Shown here: piece by piece, positions 17,583-28,449 of the stretch
How positions within the stretch are numbered: the stretch's first letter is position 1
Layout: every line of letters starts with the position of its first letter
Sequence record: PQ008972.1
Strand: one strand, 5' to 3'
Length of the DNA stretch: 32,000 bases
Source: Pectobacterium phage Koroua
Notes under the pieces: model-generated
The model's database searches: none
Told to the model about the DNA's origin: nothing
Seen by the model: the letters and a program-made list of their open reading frames with translations, nothing else
Made by a program: the position numbers and the translations under genes

Positions 17583-18323
17583 ATGTTGACAAAGAAAGTG
17601 ATGGTCGACATCAAGTCCCACGCTGAACGTGATTACCCGAACGAATCATGTGGTATTGTTATTCAGTCAGGAAAGTCGCAGAAATATATTCCATGCCGGA
17701 ACATTGCCGACCAGCCGAAAGATTCATTCGCCATTCATCAGGAAGATTACGCAGCGGCGGAGGATTCCGGCGACATCATCCGAATAATTCATTCGCATCC
17801 TGGCGATGGGGCATTGCCAATCCCATCAGATTTAGATCGGGCATCATGCAATGAGTCTGGCATTATTTGGGGTATCTATGCATACCCAGCGGATGAATAC
17901 GCAGAGTTTGAACCGACAATAACGCCGCTAATCGGCCGTCCGTTCTCGCTGGGTGTTTATGACTGCTACGGTCTGGTGATGGCGTGGTACAAATCACAGG
18001 GAATTGACCTGATCGATTACCGCAAGACATACGAATGGTGGAATAAAGGCGAGGAGTTATTCACGCTGGAAAACATTAAGGCAACTGGTTTTGTTACGGT
18101 CACGTTGGAAGATGCCCGTGCTGGCGATGTGATTATCATGCAGATCCGTGCAGATGTGCCGAACCACTCAGGAATACTCATGCCAGGAGATTATTTACTG
18201 CATCATATGCCTAACCAGCTCTCACGCCGCATAGCATTTCACGGATCATATTATTACGAGCGAGTAACCGGAGTTTATCGCCACCCCGATCTAAAAACGG
18301 AGAACATCACGTCATGGCTTTAA
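17583..18323 (+). CDS. Tail assembly protein, lambda K-like (JAMM + NlpC/P60)
   Basis: IIHSHPGDGALPIPSDLD (JAMM) and GVYDCYGLVMAWY...HSGILMPGDYLLHH (NlpC/P60). The ATG at 17583 is preferred over the track start at 17484. Confidence 0.85.
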   Translation: MLTKKVMVDIKSHAERDYPNESCGIVIQSGKSQKYIPCRNIADQPKDSFAIHQEDYAAAEDSGDIIRIIHSHPGDGALPIPSDLDRASCNESGIIWGIYAYPADEYAEFEPTITPLIGRPFSLGVYDCYGLVMAWYKSQGIDLIDYRKTYEWWNKGEELFTLENIKATGFVTVTLEDARAGDVIIMQIRADVPNHSGILMPGDYLLHHMPNQLSRRIAFHGSYYYERVTGVYRHPDLKTENITSWL

Positions 18324-18898
18324 AAACCGTCCGTCTTTACGGAAAACTGGGTTCAACATTTGGCCGCGTGCATAAACTGGACATCAGGACGCCAGCAGAG
18401 GCCATCCGTGCATTGTGCTGCACTATCGCTGGATTTGAAATATATCTGAGGAATGCTAAAAGAAACGGCGTTACGTTTGCCTGTTTCAAGGGCTCAGAAA
18501 ACATATCCGGCGATGATGTACTTTCTGGAATCGGAGACAGGGAGTTCAGGATTGCGCCGATCATTACTGGCGCGAAAAAATCCGGTCTATTTCAGACAAT
18601 CATCGGTGTCGCGTTGTTGGCCGTGGCAATATTTGCGCCGTGGGGTACTGCATTCGCAGCAAGTAACTTCCTCGGTGCGCTCGGTGCATCCATCGCGCTC
18701 GGTGGCGTAATCCAGATGCTGACGCCACAACCTGGCGGCATGAGCATTGCCGAAAGTGCAGACAATAAACCTAACTATGCCTTTGGATCCCCAGTCAACA
18801 CCACAGCACAGGGGAAACCAATGCCAATTTTATGGGGTAAACGTGAGGTCGGCGGTGCTATAATCAGCGCAAGCATTATCGCAAACGAGGTTTATTAA
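18314..18898 (+). CDS. Tail assembly protein, lambda I-like
   Basis: 194 aa; LYGKLGSTFGRVHKLDIRTPAEAIRAL and C-terminal GKPMPILWGKREVGGAIISASI. Confidence 0.82.
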   Translation: MALKTVRLYGKLGSTFGRVHKLDIRTPAEAIRALCCTIAGFEIYLRNAKRNGVTFACFKGSENISGDDVLSGIGDREFRIAPIITGAKKSGLFQTIIGVALLAVAIFAPWGTAFAASNFLGALGASIALGGVIQMLTPQPGGMSIAESADNKPNYAFGSPVNTTAQGKPMPILWGKREVGGAIISASIIANEVY

Positions 18899-21800
18899 AT
18901 GGCAGTAGCGGGAAGAAAAAGCGGTTCATCAGATCAGCGTAATCCGGTTGAGTCGCCGGACAGTCTGCATTCAAAAGCGGAAGTGAGGATCCTGCTTGCG
19001 CTAGGTGAAGGGCCGTGGCCTGATATTCCCGCCGCAGACTTGCCGAAACGCGTATTGCTCGACGGCACGCCGATCCAGAATCAGGATGGCACGTTCAACA
19101 TGGAAGGGATTAAGCTGGATTTTAGGCCAGGTACTGAAGACCAAACTTACATTCCTGGCGTTCCTGGCGTTGAATCTGAAACGGGTGTCGGTGTTGAACT
19201 GAAATACGGTGAAGGTGCGGCGTGGGTGCGTCAGATATCCAACACACAGATCGACGCCGTCAGGATCCGCATTGGCCTTGCTCGTCTTGTTCAGCAACTG
19301 GATAACGGTGATCGCGTCGGAGCGGTAGTTGATTACCGGATTGATCTGGCTGTCGGCGGCGGTTCGTATTCAACCGTTGTTAACGGTAAATTCGAAGGTA
19401 AAACGACAACGCTTTACGAGCGTGACCATCGTATTGATTTACCCGCGTCAAGCACTGGCTGGCGTGTTCGTGTCGTGCGACTGACACCGGATTCAACCAC
19501 TGACATGCTGGTTAGTCAGACGCAGATCCAAGCTATCACGGAAATCGTTGATGTTAAGCTGACGTATCCGCACACCGTACTATTGTTCGCCTCATTCGAT
19601 GCAAAATTATTCTCAAACATCCCGCCGATTTCAATTTTGTCTGAAGGTCGGGAGGTGCAGATACCGACGAATTACGATCCGGTTGCGAAGACGTATTCAG
19701 GGACATGGAACGGTGAATTTAAACGTGCGTGGACTGATAACCCAGCGTGGGTGATGTTCGACGCTGTGACGAATGAACGGTTCAGTATCGGTGACAAAAT
19801 CCCAGCGTTCCTGATGGATAAATGGCAACTGTACCGGATTGCACAGCGTTGCGACGAACGGATACCGGACGGCGCAGGCGGTACAGAGGTTCGCTATAAA
19901 TGTGACATCTACGTGCAAAGCAGGGTGCAGGCGTGGACGCTGATCCGCGATCTTTGCGCGATATTCTGCGGCATGTCGTACTGGGGAAACCAGATGCTGA
20001 ATTTTATCAGCGATTCCCCATCTGACGCCGTGCAGGTTCTGACAAACGCTAACGTGGTTAACGGTCAGTTTGTTTACAAAGGCGGAAGCGTCAAAAATCG
20101 TCGATCCGTTGGCATGGTTAGTTACGACGATCCGGTAAACCACTACCAATCAAATGTGGCCGTGGTTCCGGTGCAAGAAATGGTTCAGCGATACGGTTAC
20201 GATCAGGCGCTGGAGTTATCCGGTATTGGCTGCACTCGGTTGTCAGAAGCGCAGCGTAAGGCTCGTTACGGCGTGCTCACAAACGCGATGGATGAGCAGG
20301 TTTCTTTCGTGATCGGCATGGAAGGGATCGAGTTCATGCCGTGTGACGTGGTGGCGATTGCTGATGCTGAATTCAGCGGTGCGCAGACTGGCGGACGTGT
20401 TGAGCGTGATTCAACTGGACGAACAATTTATCTTGATCGGGCGATATCGGATGTTGTTGCCATTGGCGACACTATCATTATCCGCGCCGTAGGCCAGAAA
20501 GAGGCAGAGCGCCGGACTATCGCCGCCATTGCATCAGATCGCCGTAGCGTTACTGTTAGCGCAGACATTCCAACTGGTATCGCTGCATTCACGCCGTGGG
20601 TAATTGATTCGGCTAATCTGGCCGTACGGATGTTCCGCATCACGTCAGTAAAATGGAATGAAGCGGACAACACGTTTTCATGTTCCGGACTGATCTACAA
20701 CGCAGACAAATATGATGCGGTGGATTCTGGCGCACGCCTTGATGATCGTCCTGTTTCTCTCATTCCATCAGCGATTGTGCCAGCGCCGACAAATCTTGCA
20801 ATGGAACCGTATTACGTCATGAATCAGGGCGTGCGCACGGTGAGCATTTCGTTTACGTGGGATCGCGTTGACAAAGCAAGCCATTATGAAATGCAATGGC
20901 GGCGCGATAACAACGACTGGATTAACGTCCCGCGCCAGACGACGATGATCTACGATTTGAACGGCGTATTTTCCGGTGATTATCAATTCCGCGTGCGGGC
21001 GATATCAAATGTGGGAGAAATATCATCCGGCTGGGCAACGTCCGGAGTTGAAACGATTGAAGGGCGTGCAGGTGATGTTCCAGCGATCCCGTCATTCACA
21101 ACCACGGCGCTGGTGTTCGGCGTGCGGCTGGACTGGTCATTCCCGAACGACGCAGAGGACACGAACAAAACCGAGATCCGCTATTCGATGAACGCCAATG
21201 GAACCGACGCAATGCATCTTTCTGATGTGGCGTACCCTGGCACCACGTATTCACAGATGGGGCTTAGCGTAGGCCAACGATTCTATTACAGCGCCAGATT
21301 AGTAGATAGACAAGGGAACATTGGGCCGTGGACGGCTTGGATTTCCGGTGAATCCAGTACGGACGTATCGGATATTTCCGATGCCATATTTGAGGATATC
21401 AAAAAGACTGACGGGTGGAAAGACCTGATCGGCGGTATGGGTGACGCGGCGACAATTTCCGCTGATGCTATGCGTTCAACAATCGAAACCGCTAAAGCGC
21501 TGCTGAAAAACACCTACGCTGACCTAGCAGAAACTCGCCGTTGGTTCGCGGAGAACGGCGCACGCAAGGCGGAAATCACCGAAACTCGACTGGTCATTGC
21601 TGACGAGGTTCAGGCGCTGGCGTTGCAGATGATAGAGCTTAAGGCGCAGATCGACGAGGAAGTCACCAGCCAGATAACCGCCCTCCAACAAACGGTATCC
21701 ACGCTTGCCGAAACGACCGCGCAGGATATCACTTCCCTTGAGTCTCGCATGGGGTCGGCTGAATCAGGCGTTAGCGCGAACGCTGGCGCGATTTCCGGCC

Positions 21801-22399
21801 TAACCACTACCGTGACCAATCAGGGCGGGGTAATCGCCGCTAACAGCCAGTCTATCGCGCAGATGACGGTAACAATCAACGGGTTTGAAACGTCGATAAC
21901 CGACATCACCAACGTCACCAACGACATTAACGGCAATCTGAGCGCGTACCGGACGCTGCGAATTAAAGCGAACGTTAACGGCGTGGATTATGTCGCTGGG
22001 ACGACAACGGGCATTCAGAACACGGATGCGGGCGTTAGGTCGTATGTTAACTTTTTGGCTGACCAGTTCGCGATGCTGGTGAACGTTAACGGCACGCCGA
22101 CGCCGATCTTCACCAACGTTGGCACTCAGGTAATTTTACGGTCTGCGGTGATTGGGGATGCGACGATAACCAGTGCGAAAATTGCGAACGGTGCAATCGG
22201 AAGACTACAGATCGCAGACAGTATCCAATCGAATAACTATGCTCAGGGTTCAACGGGAATGAAGCTTGATTTTGCCAATGGCACATTAGAGCTTAACGGT
22301 AATGAACCTGGGCAGGGAAGAAAAACGATAGGCAATATTCGCGATGTGGTATACAACGAAAATAATCAGGTAGTGGTCGTAATAGGGAAAAGATTATGA
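18899..22399 (+). CDS. Central tail tip / host specificity protein, lambda J-like
   Basis: 1166 aa; Fn3-like region, LRDLCAIFCGMSYW, C-terminal coiled-coil/DUF1983-type segment. Confidence 0.88.
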   Translation: MAVAGRKSGSSDQRNPVESPDSLHSKAEVRILLALGEGPWPDIPAADLPKRVLLDGTPIQNQDGTFNMEGIKLDFRPGTEDQTYIPGVPGVESETGVGVELKYGEGAAWVRQISNTQIDAVRIRIGLARLVQQLDNGDRVGAVVDYRIDLAVGGGSYSTVVNGKFEGKTTTLYERDHRIDLPASSTGWRVRVVRLTPDSTTDMLVSQTQIQAITEIVDVKLTYPHTVLLFASFDAKLFSNIPPISILSEGREVQIPTNYDPVAKTYSGTWNGEFKRAWTDNPAWVMFDAVTNERFSIGDKIPAFLMDKWQLYRIAQRCDERIPDGAGGTEVRYKCDIYVQSRVQAWTLIRDLCAIFCGMSYWGNQMLNFISDSPSDAVQVLTNANVVNGQFVYKGGSVKNRRSVGMVSYDDPVNHYQSNVAVVPVQEMVQRYGYDQALELSGIGCTRLSEAQRKARYGVLTNAMDEQVSFVIGMEGIEFMPCDVVAIADAEFSGAQTGGRVERDSTGRTIYLDRAISDVVAIGDTIIIRAVGQKEAERRTIAAIASDRRSVTVSADIPTGIAAFTPWVIDSANLAVRMFRITSVKWNEADNTFSCSGLIYNADKYDAVDSGARLDDRPVSLIPSAIVPAPTNLAMEPYYVMNQGVRTVSISFTWDRVDKASHYEMQWRRDNNDWINVPRQTTMIYDLNGVFSGDYQFRVRAISNVGEISSGWATSGVETIEGRAGDVPAIPSFTTTALVFGVRLDWSFPNDAEDTNKTEIRYSMNANGTDAMHLSDVAYPGTTYSQMGLSVGQRFYYSARLVDRQGNIGPWTAWISGESSTDVSDISDAIFEDIKKTDGWKDLIGGMGDAATISADAMRSTIETAKALLKNTYADLAETRRWFAENGARKAEITETRLVIADEVQALALQMIELKAQIDEEVTSQITALQQTVSTLAETTAQDITSLESRMGSAESGVSANAGAISGLTTTVTNQGGVIAANSQSIAQMTVTINGFETSITDITNVTNDINGNLSAYRTLRIKANVNGVDYVAGTTTGIQNTDAGVRSYVNFLADQFAMLVNVNGTPTPIFTNVGTQVILRSAVIGDATITSAKIANGAIGRLQIADSIQSNNYAQGSTGMKLDFANGTLELNGNEPGQGRKTIGNIRDVVYNENNQVVVVIGKRL

Positions 22400-22680
22400 G
22401 TGACTATGGACTTTTCACTTATATAAATGGCACTAGTTTTGATGCTTTCAATTCCATTGACTTCAATTATGTAATGGATGTTATCCGCACAACAAATCAG
22501 AGCTATTCAGGATCTAGATCTTATGAGGTTCCTAGCGGTTACGCGCTTCAAGCTTTTTGCAGTATTGAACTGTCAGGTGAAGGTATGCCACAAACGCCAG
22601 TAACCGTAAGCGGATCTACAGTGACATGGAACACACAAAGATTCACGTCTACTATAATGGTTTGCATGGTGGCAACATGA
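22396..22680 (+). CDS. Hypothetical tail-associated protein
   Basis: 94 aa with ATGA overlap to the J-like gene. Confidence 0.5.
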   Translation: MSDYGLFTYINGTSFDAFNSIDFNYVMDVIRTTNQSYSGSRSYEVPSGYALQAFCSIELSGEGMPQTPVTVSGSTVTWNTQRFTSTIMVCMVAT

Positions 22681-23336
22681 GTTTTGGCATTCAGATATAT
22701 AAAAATGGGCGTTTAGCTATGACGCCTGAGTTTTATCCTTATTCTTTATGCAAGCGTGTAATCTTGTCTTCGACTGGAACGCATGTTATAGAAACTGGGA
22801 TTCCATCATCTAAAAATGTAATTTGCTTTTTTAAAGGATCGCAATCATTCCCTTCTGTATGCACTATACAGTCAGATAAAACAGGTTCTACGATAAAAGT
22901 AAACGTGTGGATACCTATAAATGGCAGGCCACCTATAACAATTTATATATTTTCTAATTATCCAGTTAATGTCCCTGAGTGGGGCGCTTTTGTTTATAAC
23001 AATAATGAATTAGTTTGGCACAGCAATGCACTACCATTAAAGTGCGCAAAACTACCGCCTGGTCTTGGCTGGCAGTCAGGTAACTTGCCAGAAGCAAAAA
23101 GAATCGCCATAACATTTGGATATTGCGGAATGCAAACATCGGATGTTGCAAACCCTGGTTATTGGACGGGGATATATATGTGGGGAGTTGCTGGAACGGC
23201 TACAACTAAAGCGGAGCAAGTAGAATACACCATAACAGTAACGACACAGCCTTATAACTTTTCTGTTGCTGATTCTCCGTTATACATAGAAACCGACATT
23301 TACGACCAATACTATCAGCAGTCTCTAGGCGTATAA
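22677..23336 (+). CDS. Hypothetical tail-associated protein
   Basis: MSFGIQIYKNGRLAMTPEFYPYSL...; ATGA overlap at 22677-22680 makes this start more likely than 22626. Confidence 0.6.
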   Translation: MSFGIQIYKNGRLAMTPEFYPYSLCKRVILSSTGTHVIETGIPSSKNVICFFKGSQSFPSVCTIQSDKTGSTIKVNVWIPINGRPPITIYIFSNYPVNVPEWGAFVYNNNELVWHSNALPLKCAKLPPGLGWQSGNLPEAKRIAITFGYCGMQTSDVANPGYWTGIYMWGVAGTATTKAEQVEYTITVTTQPYNFSVADSPLYIETDIYDQYYQQSLGV

Positions 23337-23340
23337 CATA

Positions 23341-23365
23341 AACCCCCTTTCGGGGGTTTCCTTTT

Positions 23366-23367
<2 letters not shown>
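23341..23367 (+). terminator. Intrinsic terminator at end of J-distal operon
   Basis: AAACCCCC-TTTC-GGGGGTTT followed by T-rich tract. Confidence 0.78.
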
Positions 23368-23650
<283 letters not shown>

Positions 23651-24058
23651 TTAATGCCGTAGCATCCGGCGTGGTTGGGATAATTTCGATAGCTTCAAGC
23701 CAAACTTCATCAACTGCTGGCGCGATTTTTGATTTAGACTGATCAATTCCGTACTTTGCCACAGCAGACAAAGAGATCGACTCTTTCGCTTGCCAGCGCC
23801 ACAGACGGCGTGCATTTTTCACAATCACTTCATTACCCGATTTCTCAGACAAAACGCCGAACCAGACGCCAGCGGAATAAGTACGGATGATTACTGATTT
23901 CCCGAGAAAGTTACGGTCCAATCGTCCATTGTCTTGAGCTTCATTCACAACCGATGTGGCTGTGAAGAGTTGAGCCAGTTCTTTAGCTTGGCCTAAAGTG
24001 ATTTCGTTAATATCCATCGTATCCTCTTTTGTTAATGATTAAGTTATACTGCGATTTA

Positions 24059-24087
24059 AGTATCGCTAATTAGGGATATGACGTCAA
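24059..24087 (-). promoter_or_regulatory. Candidate promoter for the 24017/23650 pair
   Basis: On the minus strand TTGACG (complement of 24082-24087), 17-bp spacer, GATACT (complement of 24059-24064). Confidence 0.5.
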
Positions 24088-24185
24088 GGTTTATTTAAAG
24101 ATTTTTTATAAGCATCCACCGTTGCAGGCAGAGAAAAAGCCGGAATAATGTTAAAATGAATAATGATTAACAGAGGGTAAAAATC

Positions 24186-25319
24186 ATGTCTTGGACAATC
24201 GGAACGGCAACATTCACAAACGGCAGCGCGGTAGTAACAAAAACGGGTGGCGTTGACTGGTCAAACCCGTTAAACGGCGTGCGCGAGGGGCGCATGATTA
24301 TCGACGCAAATAACGTGATCAGCGAAATATTGCGCGTAGATAATGCCAATCAATTAACGCTACGCAGCGCATACACCGCGGCCACAGGATCAAAATCATA
24401 TCGCGTGCCAACATCACCAGATGTAAGCCTTGACACATTCGCGTTGGATCAGGCTGCTTTCGTCGCATATTTTCAGGGGCAGATAGCCGGATATCAGCAG
24501 CTATTGACCGGAACAGGAAACGTGACGATTACAGCGCCGGACGGAACCAGCGTGACGGTTCGAAGTCAATCCGAATGGGATAGCCTGTTAAACAAGAAGG
24601 TCACTCTTGATACGGAACAGGTAATCGTTGGTAAAAAGGTTTTCAGGCAGAATTGGGAATCGTTACAGCTAACTAATGAATCACTAGGACAACCTGTTTA
24701 TATTTCGGCGCGTGATTTTGATGGTTCTTTACGGTGGGTTTTAGGTTATGAAACGCCAGATGCGAATTATCTTTCATTGCGAAATAACAAGGCTAATACG
24801 GTTATTCTTTTTCACAGCAACCGTAACATCTACGTGGAATGCGTTGATTTTGTCATAAACAATAATACTGTTTGGACATCAGGTAACACTGTCGTTGATT
24901 CAGGCGGGTTTATAAAACGCGCATCACCAGTAATTAATATTTACGCTGACGGTAAATTCGAAGTAACGAAAGAAGCTGAAGGAATTAGCGTTGAGCGCAT
25001 TGGCGAAGGGGTTTATAAAATAACCGGATGCCAGGGAATGCATTCTGATGCCGCGTGGAACGGAATAGACGGGGGGATTAGTAACCCGAAATGCCGAAAT
25101 GGATTAGATCTGGTTTGGAACGATTTCAGGGTTGAAGAAGACGGATCCATTATCGTTAAAACATATCATCGCCCACACCCTGAAGCTGTTTCTTTCGCAA
25201 GAAATGAAATCGAAGGATATGAAAGCGGGGATCCTATAGACATTCCGAAAGGGATGTTCATTCAGGTTCGTGTAAATATGCCTGAGAGAGAATCTGAAGT
25301 AATTACTGGCGCGGAATAA
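24186..25319 (+). CDS. Tail fiber / distal tail protein
   Basis: 377 aa; N-terminal IGTATFTNGSAVVTKTGGVDWSNP..., repetitive beta-like C-terminus; last late gene before the convergent terminator. Confidence 0.65.
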   Translation: MSWTIGTATFTNGSAVVTKTGGVDWSNPLNGVREGRMIIDANNVISEILRVDNANQLTLRSAYTAATGSKSYRVPTSPDVSLDTFALDQAAFVAYFQGQIAGYQQLLTGTGNVTITAPDGTSVTVRSQSEWDSLLNKKVTLDTEQVIVGKKVFRQNWESLQLTNESLGQPVYISARDFDGSLRWVLGYETPDANYLSLRNNKANTVILFHSNRNIYVECVDFVINNNTVWTSGNTVVDSGGFIKRASPVINIYADGKFEVTKEAEGISVERIGEGVYKITGCQGMHSDAAWNGIDGGISNPKCRNGLDLVWNDFRVEEDGSIIVKTYHRPHPEAVSFARNEIEGYESGDPIDIPKGMFIQVRVNMPERESEVITGAE

Positions 25320-25321
25320 TT

Positions 25322-25345
25322 AAAGGGGCGAAAGCCCCTTTTTTT
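25322..25345. terminator. Terminator between convergent genes
   Basis: AAAGGGGC-GAAA-GCCCCTTTTTTT. Confidence 0.8.
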
Positions 25346-25544
25346 ATGCTGTTCTCTCTACCAGTTCATGCCACTGGACACCGAGAACGTCAGCTAGCTT
25401 ACCCAGTGTTTCACACGTAGGCATGGCCTTGCCGTTGTCATAATGATTGACCTTGCTTTGCGCAATGCCAGATTTAATCGCCAATTGTCGCTGAGACATT
25501 CCGGCTTTCTGTCGGGCTTCCTTAAGTTTTAATACAAATGCCAT
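25344..25544 (-). CDS. XRE-family HTH regulator
   Basis: 66 aa; LKEARQKAGMSQRQLAIKSGIAQSKVNHYDNGKAMPTCETLGKLADVLGV. Confidence 0.85.
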   Translation of the reverse strand: MAFVLKLKEARQKAGMSQRQLAIKSGIAQSKVNHYDNGKAMPTCETLGKLADVLGVQWHELVERTA

Positions 25545-25557
25545 TTATTGATCTCCG

Positions 25558-26067
25558 TTAGAATGGGATATCGTCATCGAAATCCATTGGTGGTTCATTA
25601 TTTTGTGCCGGAGCGTTATTTTGCTGCGGCCGCTGGTTTTGTGGTCGTGATTGTGGCTGATTAGGTTGGCCCCACCCTCCTTGTTGACCACCTGAACTGG
25701 CTGGCTGGCCTGATTCTTTTTTACCGCCCAACATCTGCATCACACCACCAACATTTACCACGATTTCGGTAGTGTAGCGATCAACACCTGCCTGATCTTC
25801 CCATTTTCTGGTTTGCAATGCGCCTTCGATGTAAACCTGAGAGCCTTTACGCAGATATTCCCCCGCGACCTCTGCAAGCTTTCCGAACAGAACGACGCGG
25901 TGCCATTCTGTCTTTTCTTTCTGTTCACCTGTTTGCTTATCACGCCAACTTTCAGATGTGGCTAATGTCAGATTGGCAACAGCGCCGCCGTTAGGCATAT
26001 AACGAACTTCAGGATCTTGCCCCAAATTACCGACAAGAATTACTTTATTTACGCCTTTTTTAGCCAT
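25558..26067 (-). CDS. ssb: Single-stranded DNA-binding protein
   Basis: 169 aa; [21 protein letters not shown]...; acidic tail MDFDDDIPF. Confidence 0.95.
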   Translation of the reverse strand: MAKKGVNKVILVGNLGQDPEVRYMPNGGAVANLTLATSESWRDKQTGEQKEKTEWHRVVLFGKLAEVAGEYLRKGSQVYIEGALQTRKWEDQAGVDRYTTEIVVNVGGVMQMLGGKKESGQPASSGGQQGGWGQPNQPQSRPQNQRPQQNNAPAQNNEPPMDFDDDIPF

Positions 26068-26813
26068 TAGAAGTCATCCTGCGGGTTAATATTACCGCCT
26101 TCTGGTTGTGAAGTTGGGATATCCATCATTCTCGTCACTTCTGCTTTATCACTATCACCGCCAGTTTCTACTGTCACCGTTTTTTTACCCTTCTTTGCGT
26201 TATCAGGTTTTGCCGGATTGAACGGCGTAGCATTACCCATTTTCAGCGCCGTGCGGCGATCATTTACGGCTGAATTGAATATTTTCACGCTCGTAGCATC
26301 TTTACCAAGTGCCTTATTAAATGCCGCGGCAACCAGCTTGATCTGTTCTTCATCAGAGGCCCTATCAAGATCCCGCTTGTAATCTTGCACGGTTTTTGTT
26401 GCGCGATTGCCATCATCATCAGAATCATTGAGTCTGAATAGCGCTTTAAGTGCATATCTACGGGCGTATGTGAAAGCAGATCCGGCCCCCTGAGCATCCC
26501 ATTTTGACGCGGGAATTTCGCAAACGTCAGTGATGTATTCACCTGATTCGGTGTGCATGATCATCGTCTGCACATAGAGGCAATTATCACGCGGAGAATC
26601 AATCGTCGTTGGTGATTGAAACACCATCAGGCCAGTTTCGATCAAAGCTGGATGGATTGCAGCGTTCACGGCTGGCAGATCAGCGTAGCTGTTTTTAAGA
26701 TGCGTGTTCGTCTTGTTCTTTTTCGGATCTACAACGAGCTTTAGGCATTCAGAGAACGCCTTTAGCACTTCTTTATTTTGTGGGGAAAACGATATCATAA
26801 TTACCTCTATCAA
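26067..26813 (-). CDS. erf: ERF-family ssDNA annealing protein
   Basis: 248 aa; [25 protein letters not shown]...[28 protein letters not shown]. Confidence 0.85.
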   Translation of the reverse strand: MIEVIMISFSPQNKEVLKAFSECLKLVVDPKKNKTNTHLKNSYADLPAVNAAIHPALIETGLMVFQSPTTIDSPRDNCLYVQTMIMHTESGEYITDVCEIPASKWDAQGAGSAFTYARRYALKALFRLNDSDDDGNRATKTVQDYKRDLDRASDEEQIKLVAAAFNKALGKDATSVKIFNSAVNDRRTALKMGNATPFNPAKPDNAKKGKKTVTVETGGDSDKAEVTRMMDIPTSQPEGGNINPQDDF

Positions 26814-26861
26814 ATATTATCTACTGAGCAATATATCACGCAGTAGATGTATTGTGAATGG

Positions 26862-27860
26862 TTATTTTTTCGTTTCTGCATCAGCCCATAAGTGCTGATA
26901 CTCACGTTCGATGTAATACGGGGGATCAAGCTCGACAGGGTTTCCGCCGTTGTAACTAGGCCAGATATCATTTTCTTTGGCAAATTTGTACATTGAAATT
27001 GCCTGTCGTAACTGCGCGGTTCCGATTAATAGCGTTTTTCTTGTCAGCGGGAACAGGCATGGCAGGAATGGTTCTTCTTTATTTTCCTGAGCCAGAAGAT
27101 TTACGGATTTTGGCCGCATACCGTATGCCTGTTTGAATAGGTGATATTGCAACGCCATTTTCATCGGGTATCCGAGATCGAAAGCCTTTCTCTTGAATTT
27201 TTCCGGCTCCGCTGAATCTGTCGTTTTATAATCCCAAATTCCGGCATCGTTGGTCACACGGTCAAATCGGCACTTAACGCGAACGCCATCGAATTCACCG
27301 AAAACTGATAGCTCAGCAGCACCATTGTTTATAACGTCGCTGAACTGCTGGTTTGCCAGCAAAACAGAGCGCATGCGAACGCATTTATCGAAATCAACTC
27401 CTGGAACCTGAATTCTTGTTCCGGCTTCTGACTTAGCATTATGCTCTATTTCATGCCAGAAAAGCGGCAATGCTTCGCCAGATGCGTCACACACTTGCTT
27501 GATGATAGAAATCAGCTTAAATGGATCGGTTGATGATCGCCCATCAACACCGCGCTCCTTCATCCACCCTTGCAGACCAGTTACCGCTGTAATGAGTAAT
27601 TTTGAATCAAACTCATCTTTTGACGGCATGCGATAAAATTCAGCATCAAAACGCGATGGTTCTAACATCATTGCGTGCGCTGTGGTTCCGAACACTAATG
27701 GCTTGGTCTTTTTTCCCTCTTTCGATTCATGCCGATATTTAGCAAGGCATGTTGATAAAATCTTCCATAGTGACGTGCCGCTGATGTGATCAGTTTCAGC
27801 GTGGTAATCTTCGTTTGATAGCTGTTCTGCGGTAAAGATAGTAACGTTAGTCATGTTCAA
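26862..27860 (-). CDS. RecE/exonuclease VIII-like PD-(D/E)XK nuclease
   Basis: 332 aa; ELSVFGEFDGVRVKCRFDRVTNDAGIWDYKTT and KMALQYHLFKQAYG. Confidence 0.83.
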   Translation of the reverse strand: MNMTNVTIFTAEQLSNEDYHAETDHISGTSLWKILSTCLAKYRHESKEGKKTKPLVFGTTAHAMMLEPSRFDAEFYRMPSKDEFDSKLLITAVTGLQGWMKERGVDGRSSTDPFKLISIIKQVCDASGEALPLFWHEIEHNAKSEAGTRIQVPGVDFDKCVRMRSVLLANQQFSDVINNGAAELSVFGEFDGVRVKCRFDRVTNDAGIWDYKTTDSAEPEKFKRKAFDLGYPMKMALQYHLFKQAYGMRPKSVNLLAQENKEEPFLPCLFPLTRKTLLIGTAQLRQAISMYKFAKENDIWPSYNGGNPVELDPPYYIEREYQHLWADAETKK

Positions 27861-27951
27861 ATATCCATTCAGTTATTGCGTGGGCGGCGGAAATGGCAAC
27901 CGGCAACAGCATGACGATTGCCCCTATCATAAAAATTGTTTCGTTTGACAT
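27847..27951 (-). CDS. Small membrane peptide MSNETIFMIGAIVMLLPVAISAAHAITEWIFEHD
   Basis: 34-aa ORF overlapping the next start; one hydrophobic helix. Confidence 0.35.
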   Translation of the reverse strand: MSNETIFMIGAIVMLLPVAISAAHAITEWIFEHD

Positions 27952-27954
27952 AAT

Positions 27955-28449
27955 TTAATTCCTGATGATTACCGATGGGTCATTATATCCATCGAGATAT
28001 ACCCCTGTCAAGTACCACGACATGGCAGCGCGGAATGATTTTACGCCGTAGCATACGCAGCTGAATGATCCATTTTCAGCGCAGCGCATCAACCAATCTT
28101 CCTGATCGTCAGAAACTGGTGATGAGAGCGATTTAGTCGCCCTTTTCAACTCTATTGATGCGTTAGGATAAAAAAGGCTGTGTGACGGAGACATGATGAT
28201 CATGTCAGAAACACCAGGAACTAAGCCCTTCTGCCTTAGTTTGTTCCTGTACTGCACTGGAACGTCAGATTCATTCGCTACATGAAAGGCAGGAATATTT
28301 GGATAATTATATTTAAGCCACGACCAAGAATCGATTTGATGAAAATCCTCAATTCTCCTATCGTTAGGATCTGGAATATAGCACTCGAAAACTTTCGCCG
28401 TATTTTTTGACTCTCTCAAAACTAAAAAATCAGATGTCGCTTTCATCAA
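27955..28449 (-). CDS. VRR-NUC domain nuclease
   Basis: 164 aa; RNKLRQKGLVPGVSDMIIMSPSHSLFYPNASIELKRA...DDQEDWL. Confidence 0.78.
   Translation of the reverse strand: MMKATSDFLVLRESKNTAKVFECYIPDPNDRRIEDFHQIDSWSWLKYNYPNIPAFHVANESDVPVQYRNKLRQKGLVPGVSDMIIMSPSHSLFYPNASIELKRATKSLSSPVSDDQEDWLMRCAENGSFSCVCYGVKSFRAAMSWYLTGVYLDGYNDPSVIIRN

Noticed and set aside
19697-20149. 150-aa antisense ORF within the J-like gene
   Set aside because: Long but unsupported by any recognisable domain; chance antisense frame in a GC-moderate gene. I applied the same scepticism to the antisense HNH ORF, which passes because of clear family motifs.
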